The notes below the pieces were generated by a model. That model saw only the letters and a program-made list of their open reading frames with translations. It searched no databases and had not been told where the DNA came from. DNA of 64,000 bases. Source: Catajapyx aquilonaris (lineage: Eukaryota). Positions within the stretch are counted from its first letter, which is position 1. The number at the start of each line of letters is the position of its first letter. The stretch covers positions 62,001 to 126,000 of the forward strand of contig KZ538517.1 of assembly GCA_000934665.2 (NCBI GenBank), read 5' to 3'. Below are positions 26,854 through 36,688 of this stretch, piece after piece. The position numbers and the translations under genes were made by a program.

Positions 26854-29800
26854 CTGAAAGAAGATGCAATTAACTTTACATCAGAAATCCAACTTCTCAG
26901 TAAGATTTTCAAATGGCCACAACTCACCACTTTGGTAGTGGGTTTCCCACCTCCATGGCCTGCTTTCGTCTCCACCCGAATCATTATGGGATTGGTCTGC
27001 AAGAAATAATGTAAGTTAATAAAGACACTGTAAGCATTGTGCGTGTCATAATTTAGTTAATGTGTTAGTGGAAATTTTGTACACACTCGCCCCTGTGAAC
27101 TCATCTGCAAGTTTGGCATGTGAACATGTGAACTTACTCTCACCCTTGAAGGTGAGGGTACAGGAGCAAGTGGATATGAATGTCCACGAGCTTTTCACCT
27201 ATAAAAATATGCACCAAATTCTGAAACATGCAGTATGCACACTGTACTCCCAATTATTCGTGAATCACCAAAGTTAAAAATAAACTTCCGAAAGAATGCC
27301 AATATGTATCACAAACAAAACAATACAAGAGACTTTTTCCAGAAGACAAACTAAAAATCTATTCTTAGTTTTATTATTTTGATTAAACCTTATTTAAAGC
27401 AGCATACAGTATATACAGCAGTTCATTAAAAACCTGTGAAAAGCACATTTTTGCGGTGTCTAGGACCATTTTTTAATTATCCGTGTTTTCCTATTATCCA
27501 AGCACACTTGTGCATTCATTAACACAGATAGTAGGGGAGTACAGTGCATACAGGGTGTTCCAAATTCGTGGATCAAGCCCGGGCATTCCCCCCTTTCATC
27601 TCGTGTGGAATTCGGGGTCATCTCCGGCTTTGTCTAGGGTGGGATTTCCGATAGACGAACCACCCGGGGGAGCTCACAAAATGACCATAGTGCCGACATT
27701 GCACTGCACACTGCACATCCCCTCCCAGTCACCCTGTCCTCAGATCACGGCTCTTCGTTGTCCAAATTCATGTACACCTTGGCAAATAAAGGTCCTTGTC
27801 AAAACCTCTGCTGAGGTACGGCACTACACCCAATTATTATTATTACACTTGTAAAGTTCTATGGTTTTCATAGTGCACAACTGAAACAACCGAATCTTTG
27901 GTCATGTTAATAACCCAGGGGACCAGGCATGAAATATTATACTGTATACCCTTTTCTGTCATGGGTTGTCTTAGAACTTGAACTGCTCATAGAGATATAC
28001 GGTGACATACCTGCTTGGAGCAAGGTCCCAGCACATATTGTAACTGGGCAATGTGCTTCAGAGAATGCAAAGGCACAACTCGATCATCATGGTCAGCGGT
28101 GAGCAACAGCATGGCCGGATACTTCAGAAATGGCAGAAAAGGAGAGTTCAAAATTAAATATCACAATCATATTGGGACAAGTGGTAAATATCATTGCAAG
28201 AAAAGGGAATAAAAGAAAGAAGAAAAAAAAACAGGCATTCAAATCATGTTATTACATCCCTGTCAAGAGAGACTACAAATGTTTCTTTACCTGATAATTT
28301 CCTTCTGGAATTCCGATGTTGTGCAAAGGAGAGAACTTGTAGAGGTTATCAAAGTGTTCCTTGTCATCTGAGCAGCCATAATCCGAGCTCCAGGCATAAC
28401 CAATGGTAAACTTATGAAAGCGAAGCATGTCTAGAACACTAGCAAAAAATTAACAAAATTAAAATTTTTTCATTGGAGCAGTGAGGACAAGGACAGCTCA
28501 TAACATGTCTGTCACATAAGGACACTATTTGACAGACTTAGAACTAGTATTTAGCATAAAATTAGATTAAATTTTAATTTATTACAATAAGACAGACTTG
28601 GAGGTGAACATTCTAGAGAAAATTTTCAATAAAGCACGAGGCACATCCAACAATCAAGAAAAAGTAACTGAAATTACTGAATACATCAAAGATACTCTCC
28701 ACTAAGGGCATGTCAATATGATCTGGATTTTTTTTTAAGCATGTAAACATTTCAAATAGCCAATATCACCTACACCAATACGTGAATATCATTAATTTTT
28801 TTTACAAGACAGTTTTGAATATATAGGCAACAACTGAAGAAATAATGATTGTGCACTTACCCAACTTGAGCAATAGCCGCCCCAAAAAGCTCTGGCCTCT
28901 GATTAACACAGGCACCTACAAGTAGACCCCCATTAGATGCCCCTTGGATTGTCAGCTTGCCACTACATGTGTACTTGTTCTCTATCAGAAACTCAGCTGC
29001 TGCCTGAAAGTCGTGAAAGCCATTCTGCTTCTTAAGGAGACGGCCGCAGTTATGCCAGGATTCGCCATACTCACTGCGAAAGATGTACTGGTGTTGTTAC
29101 AATGTATTATTACATCCCAATTCACAATATGCTTCTTCCTGCCACTGTTCAATTAATACAGTTCATAGTGATGGCACCTTTTAAAGCAATAGGTGGGGTT
29201 AACAGAAAAGTTCAAATTCCTGAAAATTCCATCTGAACTGGCCAAGCTAGTGAAAGTTAAAGGATAGGGTCCGGATGTGAAGGAAAGGCACCTGCACATT
29301 TGTCTCTCCTTTAACCTGCTTCCAGTCACCACCTGGCAGCAGGAAAAGATGTCTGCTGAGAAGCACATCCTATTGCACATAATTTTTTGTTAGAGGAATG
29401 CAGGAGTTGGCCTATACTGGCCAGTCCTTCCCTCAGGGACTTAATGACACAAAATGGCATGTCAGCCATACAAATGATCCAGAAAAGTCTTCACCCACTC
29501 CTACAGAACAAATTGCAAATTTCTTTGGGGTAAGAGCCATTGGTCCCATTATTGCCACAGATGAGAAACCAAAAATCGTAAAAACCAAAAAGTACAGTTT
29601 TCAGACTTTTCAATTAATCAGCAGACATTAGTGGGCCAAATTTCATCACTCTCAGTAGTCTGGGAGTGGGTTAGGTGGCTGTGACATACGTACATACATA
29701 TGGACAAACATAATTATGAAGATAACTGTCCTAATAAAACTCATGCAACCAGCCACAGCCCCCCAACTCCCTCTCTTTTCCCGTGCGCTTAGCAAGTCCC

Positions 29801-32800
29801 CTATCCCCGGACGTGGAGCCCTGTACCAAATCGTATTCGGGCGGACAACTTCTGAACCATACTGGATGTACCTAAAGCATCAAATCCCATTAAGTTCTAG
29901 TTTTCAGATCCACAGTCCCAGCCACCTGCATGCAATTTGGACCACATCGGGGATAGGGAACTCGCTAAGCGCATGGCCTTCCCCAAATGGCTAGATAGGG
30001 AGTTGCAGGAGGCTGCATGCAACCATCCTTCGGACTGCCAGAAAAACAATCATGTTCCTCTGATATACATTTAGATGCAAAAGTTGCTCAACACACTAGA
30101 CTGATCCTCAAATTGTTATTAATACAGCAATCAAAACAGCCTTCTAAGAAACAATTTTGCAGAAATGGTATGGACACTTGTCAATGGTCAGATTACCCCC
30201 TAGCGTCCGTACCATTTCCACACCGATAGTACATTTTTAAATCTGAGGACTAAGAAGTACAGTTCAAGGACATGAACTATGAATGTAACTAACCCTCCTC
30301 CTCGTATGTTGGGGATGGCGAGTATGCCATCAAAATGTTGCATGAAGACAACCCGTGTAACACTGAAGGTGGGCTGGATGCTGATGTTGAAACCCCCATA
30401 ACCATAGAGCAAGCAGGGGGCAGTTCCATCTCGCCTTAAGTTGCGCTTGTGCACAATGAACATGGGAACCTTGGTGCCATCCTTACTTGGGTAGAAAACT
30501 TGTGTCGTCTCTAAAAGGTTTGGTTCGAAGCCCTCCAGCTTTATCTCACGGAAAACCTAATTGACAAAAGCAAAAATTAAACTTCATGTTTCAAAAGAAA
30601 ACAGAATACTGATGCCCTTATTAAAAACATAGCCTACCTCAGGTTGAAGAACTGCTTTAGTTAAATCACAGCGGTAGATAATCCCAGGGGTGAGGAATGA
30701 AGTGAACAGGTAAAAAATCTCTGTGTGCTCCTTTTTCCCTGAATATCCTGTGATTGTTCCAACTTCCAGAGGAAAGGTCATCAGCAGGTTACCAGTGCTC
30801 AGGTCACGCAGTTCCAAAACACTCTGCAAAACCACAAACATCTTTATCCATTGTTTATGACAACACTAGCACAAATTCCCATGTTTCCCTTTAACCGGTT
30901 CTGCAACCAGTTCTCAGCAGAGTGACTCCATTCCACAAACAAGATTGGCAAATCACATGAGCATGATTAGAATTGACTTTTTCTCATTCATTCAAGTAGA
31001 CTTGTGCGGATGAAGTGAACTCGGAAAACGGGAAGTGGCAGGTCACCGGAAGTTGGACATGAAAACCCTGGGTAAATCCCTAACACACTTGGTTCAGGAA
31101 TCCACGAAAACTAATTTCGAAATCCAACGATAACCCGTCCGTAAAGTAGACTTGTGCAGATAGAGTGAACCCTTAAAACCAGAAATGGCAGGTGACTGGA
31201 AGTTGACCATGACACCTATTTAGGTCACGCTTAATCCGAATATGAAAACTGTTTGTCGCTATCTCTTGTGGTTGAGGCTCTGACACCTGTCCACAGACAG
31301 ACAGACAGAGCCGTTCTATAAGACTATTTTCCGATGTTGAGAAGAAGTCTAAAATTAATTAAACTGAATATCCCCTTACCCCGTTACACCCTCATATATG
31401 TATGTACAAATCAGGTGGGGGGAGGCGGAGTGGCGCTGCGGTAACGTGTGGGCCCACAGATGGGAGGGTCCCGGGTTCGATCCAACCCAGGGGTCTCCCC
31501 CCTTCATCTTGTGCAGAGTTGGGTCGTCTCTGGCTTCATCTCGGGTGGAATCTCAGATAGACTAATCCCCCCCAGGGGAGTTCACAAAATGCACCGTTTG
31601 AGACATTACACTGCCCCTCCCAGTCACACTGCCCATGGGCCCGGGCGCTTCTTTCAAGACTCCAGTAGGTATTGTACTACAACAGTATAAATAAACGTCC
31701 GCACTACATACCTCTTGAGGAGGTCAAGCACTACCCCAATTATTATTATTACATTATTACAAATCAGCTGGGATCAAACTAACAGAGTGAATTCCCACAA
31801 TCATAAGACCCATAATGTGGTGGCTTGGGCACTACTCTTGCTAATGTAATGTAATGTAAGAAAGAAGATTAGTGGAATACATGGGCCCATCTTTGTCATA
31901 TTACACAGTGGATGAGAGTGATGTAGAAGACAGGTGAAGAAGACTCACTTACTGACCAATGATAGGCTAAGAAGATATCACTAATAAAGATGTGACATTC
32001 ATATGGCTTCACAGTTTCTATTGCTTGCCTTTAAAAAAGCAATGGTTCTCATTATACACACCTTGACATCATGTATGTAACACACAACCAGCTTGTTCTT
32101 ATCTACACATGCAGCCCAGTCCAGCACATCTTTGGTGTGTTCAGGAATTAGTGTGGTCCAGTTCTCAGGGCTAGGGTTGGCCAAGTCTATTCCTATCAGG
32201 CGGTAGTTGGGAGCATCTTTGTTTGTCCTGAACACGCACACTGACCCCTCATTGGTTACATACTGGAAATTAGTTTCAGTTAATATTCTTCATATCTAAG
32301 CAAGGTGCATATAAGTGAAAATGGGACTGGGAATTTTTGAAACCTCAAAGTCTGCCTCGAACTTGTGCACTATCTGGGTGATGGTGAGCATTCCTTCCAG
32401 TCCATTTGGAAGAGACTCCAAATCACAGAAGTACAGGAGATTGTCTCGGCAGTCTTTCTGTGGTGTTATCAGAAGATAGCGCCCACAGTCTGATACCTCT
32501 GCACCTCTACGAAAGTTGCACACATGCTTTAGACCACAAATCCTGGTTGAATTTATCATTCTTCCAGTTAAAATTACAGCACAAGGAAAAAATCAGCAAT
32601 ACCAGTTACACTTCTGTGACTTGCAGTTCCCAAGATATAAAATCACCACAACAAAACCAAATTGCACAAATCCACAAGCACTAGGGGGTTTTTCTGAGAC
32701 AAGTTCATAATAATATGAATGCTTCTCATCAAGCACAAAATCTAACTCAAAATTTTGTGCTGATGGGCAAACATACACATCACTTTTTAACTCTGCCTTC

Positions 32801-35800
32801 CTGTCTGAAACATTAGAAGAGACAATGATACTGACTCTACTGCACCTGTTATAGTACATGTTTGAAACAACTCACATTAATTTTATTTTAAGTTCCTTTT
32901 GAAGTCAATCACCCTGGAACTGAACAGGCAGAAATTTTCAAATAACAATGGCTGTAATTTAGTTAACAGACTCTTAAATTCTTCCAGGGGAAAATTTTTC
33001 AGACTGCCAAATTCAAGGGTAAACATGAACCTACACTGTATTGAGCCTCAAACTTGTTGACCAAGGGAACTGGTTGGATGGGGCCCAAAAAGCCCCGAGG
33101 AAAGTTGCGCATGTCACAGAAGTACACCTGGTTGTCCTTACAACCCTCCCGTGGAAACACCAGCAGGTAATTTCCACAGTGGCTCACTCGACATGACCTA
33201 ATGTGTCCATTATGTTACAGATACAGCAAGTTTCAAACAAAAGAACAAAAAATTAAAACATTATTTTATATACACTCACATCCGCCACTTTGGTTCATCA
33301 GGAAATTCAACAACAAGGACATCCTGATTCTGGGGTGTCCCTACTCGATGATAGTAGAGCTTCTGGTTCTCATTTGAGGTTGTTTCAGAGCCATCGGTTT
33401 TGCCAGCTTGCTCTGGATACCGCTGCCAGATTGAATGCATACGTTTTAGTTTACCAGTCCCCTTTCTTCAAGAAATACTCCAGCATATTCTACAGCTTAT
33501 CAAGTTACTATCACTCTTATTTCCTCTCTGAATATAGAGAGCAATCAAATAAATTATCATGCATTATACAGTATTCAAAAACTTTATAGATTATGCAATG
33601 AGCTAGTGAGAGTACTAGGCCCTACTGCCCAGTAGGTTCTTGTCATTTATTTTGTCATTTGAATTGATAGTAAGATGCTCCATCAACGTCAAAACCACAT
33701 GGAAATTCTGCAGGGCCATGCACACACACACTCTCTCTCTCTCTCATTAAGGCCACTATTTATTTTATTTTTTATTTATTTTACCCCGTGCTAGGCATCA
33801 AGGGCCTCTTTGGGGGGTGGCACACCACCATCAGTTTTCTGAATTACTTTTTTTCTTTTTCTCTCCGGTGCAAGGTAAGGACAGGGATATGAGGGAGGGA
33901 CACTGGTGCTAGTGCATTGTCTACATATTGGGGGTCGTGTGCAGTCCCTCAGGGGGCCTGTTCGCCATAGATGACCCCCTAGGTGCGGGATCTGAAACCC
34001 CCCGCACCTCCTCAGGTATGGGACAAGGATAGGAAGGGAAGGAAGCGGCTGTGGCCTGTTATTACGGAAACAACTCCAGGATTTCCCTGGAGGGACCGTG
34101 GGAAACCACAGAAAACCACGGTCAGAGTTGCCGGCACCGGGGATCGAACCCAGGACCTCCCGATTAGCAGCCGGATACCAAATCCCCTCCGCTACCACTG
34201 CTTCGGTCATTAAGGCCACTAGCTAGTTGTCATGAAATAATCTGACTGATACTGTCAGAAGAAGTGCAATGCAAACAAGCACCTCTCATACTTTGTTTAG
34301 TTTCCTAGTAATGAACCTTGCATATGATACTTACACCATAGAATATTCCTTTATGATCATGTGTCCATGTTATGGATGAAAATTTCACTTTTTCAAGCAC
34401 TTCTGGAAAGTTCTCGCCTGTTTGTGAAGAATGAGACATTTATCAAATCTTATCAGCACTTTAGGCATTTTACAGCCAAAATACAAACCTGTTGCAACTT
34501 TTTTGAAGTGAATGGTAATCCAATCAGAACCACTACAACTCAGACCATAAGCAAAAACTTCGCCATCTTCTGAAAATGCTGTTTCAGTCAGGGCAACAGT
34601 CCCATCTTCTGAGAGCAAGTTGGGGTCTAGGAAAATTCTTGGCTCACTCTCCAATGAATCTTGGATGTAAAGCACACTGCAAATAAAGTACATAATGATA
34701 ACATTCTTTAATTTATAGTAAATGCCATTGGTTATTACCTTTGGTTTTGCAGGCCCGTGTTCTTGTAGAAAAAGTAGCGAGATCCTCTCCGAAATGGGCA
34801 AGAGTACTTGGGAAAATTCCACAGTTCTGTCAACCTGGCTTTGATCTCTGCCCGGGGGCTGCATCGCTCCAGGTATGGTACTGTTATTGCATTCTGATCA
34901 TCTACAAACTTCTTTGTCTCTTCACTATCTGGGTCTTCCAGCCATCGGTATGGATCAGACATCTGAAATTGTCTTCCCTTTAGTGCACTTTGATCAACAA
35001 GCTTGATAGCCTACCCTTCTTTTAAAATTATAGTCTGATAGTCTAAAAGATAGTCTGTTCAACACATAGTCCACAATTGATGCACTTACACCAGAGGTCC
35101 ACGCAGACTCAACATGCAGTCATTTTGGCATGAAGAATTTCCACAGAAATCATAGGAAGTAAGCTGATTGTGAGTTGTGCATTTGTCATTATACCTGCAG
35201 TTCAAGTACATTTGGCTTTTTTATTTAGCGTAAACTAATATTGATACGCTTACAACCCAAATACGTATATGCAAACAAAGATTATATCATGTAACATGAA
35301 TTCTCTAGCTCTCCAGATTGATCCATCATGGTCATTATCACAGTAAGCTCCAAAAATTCTTGCTGCCTCCTTCCGGCGACAGATGTGGATTGTTGCAGTA
35401 ATGTTGGATGCTTGGACATTTGCAGCACTCTGATTTGATATTTCCAACTTGTAATTAAAGCCTGGGCATTATAGTATGGAATGCCTGCAGCACCTCCATT
35501 TTGACAATGTCAAGTAGATGTCTGCAGGAATCTAATGTAATGGATTTTGTATGGCATCGTATCACTACATTGCATTGTATCATATCGCATCCATATCACA
35601 CGGCACCCTGCACACATCCTGTTATCAAAACAGGGCCATTAAGACATGCAATCTCATGATCCCAGATTACAGGCATGGCAGAAGTCACTGCACAAAATTT
35701 TATCTAATTTGAACAGGGTACTTGGTCACAAAAATGGTCTGATGAATATTGATGGAAAAAGATCTCTCTGAAGACCTCGCATCTGTTTACTCCAGTGATA

Positions 35801-36688
35801 TTGAGTCGCACCACAGGACAAGGATCTGACTCTGCTCCTACATCCTTGTCAGCTTTAATGCACCATGGCCCTTCAAGCTCTGGTTATTACATAAACCTCT
35901 GAATTTGAGAAGCAACCCTGAGAGCTAAATTGGTGGTCTACTGGCAGAGTCACCCAAATCGAAAAGGTCTTTTTGGGGTAAGAGGTAGACAAAGGTGGAT
36001 ACCACTTTTCCATCACCTTTTCTCCCTCTCATTTCTACTTCCACCTGTCCCACTCAAAGAACGAAGGAGAAAACCCCGCCCCGCTCTGCTTTACCTTGAC
36101 CCCATGGTAATTGTCAACGACTGAGTCGTCCCTCCTGGCAGCTGGATACTGGAACTTCATGACAGCGCGGTCCCTCCTGCTCCCCCTGCAGTTGGAGGCA
36201 GATGCGGATTCCCCTGTGGTGGCTGCGGCTGCTGAACCCAGTCGCCGTACGCTTCCTTGCAGGATCTGCAATGATGCAGGATGTGAAAGCAACACTCTTC
36301 TGTGGGATGAGCCCTCCTCCTCCTGCTCTTCCAGGGTCGGCAATCAGTGACGATTGGGTATGTATAGGTGATGATGACCATCACTTACCTTGTGGGTGTT
36401 GGTGCCGAAGAGACGTGGGTTCTCCCAAGGGTGCTGTAGCAGCTGGATGTACTTTGTGTGCCGTGGGGAGGTGAGCAAGAAGGGACGTTTTCCCGGCGGC
36501 GCGGGTGGAGAAGAAGAAATGGGATTAGCGGGACTTGTGCTGCAGAGGGCGGCGGGAGGAGTAGCGGTCTCTTCTGAAGAGGAGGAGGAGAAGGGGACAC
36601 GGGGACGGGAGTGGTGGTGGTGGAGGAGGAGGAAAGCCAAGCGACGATGAGAACAGCCAGCAACAGCCGCCGGCGGAAGTGGCGCCAT
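26788..36688 (-). CDS. PREP: Prolyl endopeptidase (prolyl oligopeptidase, S9A). Spliced CDS: join(36688-36389, 36265-36095, 34962-34739, 34676-34489, 34417-34335, 33422-33280, [33197-33035 OR 32506-32344], 32262-32062, 30823-30638, 30556-30294, 29073-28861, 28438-28291, 28121-28011, 26996-26928, 26853-26788)
   Basis: All exons have GT-AG boundaries and compatible phases. Core from ATG 36160 is 2124 nt (707 aa). Motifs: [48 protein letters not shown] (Ser nucleophile at 28937-28935), [14 protein letters not shown]. Confidence 0.97.
26928..26996 (-). CDS. PREP: PREP exon 14 ([23 protein letters not shown]), contains the catalytic His
   Basis: gcag| acceptor, |gtgagt donor. Confidence 0.95.
27565..27846 (+). 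mobile_element. Diverged, 5'-truncated copy of SINE family B in PREP intron 13
   Basis: Colinear similarity to 31480-31750 (ttcatct.gtg, gatagac, cacaaaatg, cccctcccagtcac, gcactac..ccaattattattatt). Confidence 0.8.
28011..28121 (-). CDS. PREP: PREP exon 13 ([22 protein letters not shown]...), contains the catalytic Asp
   Basis: Translated by hand; aag| acceptor, |gtatgt donor. Confidence 0.95.
28291..28438 (-). CDS. PREP: PREP exon 12 ([21 protein letters not shown]...SPLHN...Q)
   Basis: Translated by hand; GT-AG, phase 2/0. Confidence 0.96.
28861..29073 (-). CDS. PREP: PREP exon 11 (EYGESWH...QGASNGGLL...AQVG), contains the catalytic Ser
   Basis: Translated by hand; gcag| acceptor, |gtaagt donor. 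Confidence 0.96.
29575..29740. mobile_element. Possible short Helitron/Helentron-type fragment
   Basis: gccaaatttcat motif followed by an ACAT-rich tract, as seen in insect non-autonomous rolling-circle elements. Confidence 0.3.
29750..30015. mobile_element. 266-bp MITE with imperfect TIRs and an 8-bp TSD (hAT- or P-type)
   Basis: Termini CAGCC...GGCTG; inner inverted blocks caactccct.tc and tgcgcttagc.agt.ccctatccccg; TSD catgcaac at 29742-29749 and 30016-30023. Confidence 0.85.
30294..30556 (-). CDS. PREP: PREP exon 10 (VFREIK...[10 protein letters not shown]...YGYGGF...NIRGG)
   Basis: GT-AG, phase 0/2. Confidence 0.96.
30638..30823 (-). CDS. PREP: PREP exon 9 (SVLELRDL...FTSFLTPG...QPE)
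   Basis: GT-AG, phase 0/0, conserved motif. Confidence 0.95.
30994..31400. mobile_element. Helentron/DINE-1-like non-autonomous element remnant
   Basis: Two diverged tandem units with a 150-bp period (aagtagacttgtgc at 30994 and 31144), followed by a (GACA)n tract, an architecture typical of DINE-1/HINE elements. Ends not defined. Confidence 0.5.
31415..31757 (+). mobile_element. tRNA-derived SINE (family B) in PREP intron 8
   Basis: A-box-like TGGCGCTGCGG, B-box GGTTCGATCC, (TTA)n tail, 10-bp TSD tacaaatcag at 31405-31414 and 31758-31767. Confidence 0.88.
32062..32262 (-). CDS. PREP: PREP exon 8 ([20 protein letters not shown]...HDVK)
   Basis: ccag| acceptor, |gtgtgt donor, phase 0/0. Confidence 0.95.
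32344..32506 (-). CDS. PREP: PREP exon 7b, mutually exclusive variant ([28 protein letters not shown]...KFEADFE)
   Basis: 163 nt, tag| acceptor, |gtttca donor, phases 2/0, open frame. Confidence 0.93.
33035..33197 (-). CDS. PREP: PREP exon 7a, mutually exclusive variant ([28 protein letters not shown]...KFEAQYS)
   Basis: 163 nt, tag| acceptor, |gtaggt donor, phases 2/0, open frame, homologous to 7b. Confidence 0.88.
33280..33422 (-). CDS. PREP: PREP exon 6 ([14 protein letters not shown]...[11 protein letters not shown]...EPKWR)
   Basis: gcag| acceptor, AT|gtgagt donor (phase 2). Confidence 0.95.
33759..34206 (-). mobile_element. tRNA-derived SINE (family A) in PREP intron 5, full length
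   Basis: A-box-like TGGTAGCGGAGGGG, B-box GGTTCGATCCC, A-rich tail, 15-bp TSD tcattaaggccacta at 33744-33758 and 34207-34221. Confidence 0.9.
34335..34417 (-). CDS. PREP: PREP exon 5 ([28 protein letters not shown])
   Basis: acag| acceptor, |gtaagt donor; VKFS..WTHD.KG motif. Confidence 0.95.
34489..34676 (-). CDS. PREP: PREP exon 4 (SVLYIQ...FLDPN...SGSDW...VAT)
   Basis: Phases 2/1, GT-AG, conserved motifs. Confidence 0.95.
34739..34962 (-). CDS. PREP: PREP exon 3 ([12 protein letters not shown]...NTGLQNQ)
   Basis: ttcag| acceptor, |gtaata donor, conserved motifs. Confidence 0.95.
36095..36265 (-). CDS. PREP: PREP exon 2 (ILQGSV...[24 protein letters not shown]); canonical Met at 36160
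   Basis: Acceptor cattgcag|ATC, donor AAG|gtaaag; conserved POP N-terminus. The acceptor choice is less certain than the coding part from 36160. Confidence 0.85.
36389..36688 (-). CDS. PREP: PREP exon 1, putative N-terminal extension (100 codons, [22 protein letters not shown]...)
   Basis: ATG in CAAGATGGCG context; open frame up to a consensus donor AAG|GTAAGT, phase 0. Confidence 0.65.

Noticed and set aside
28926..28943. GASNGG in place of GGSNGG at the nucleophile elbow
   Set aside because: Still fits GxSxGG with the triad intact; not evidence of altered function.
33791..34219. 142-aa ORF or a tRNA gene
   Set aside because: Lies inside a SINE with a tail and TSD; the head is tRNA-derived and I could not fold a full cloverleaf.
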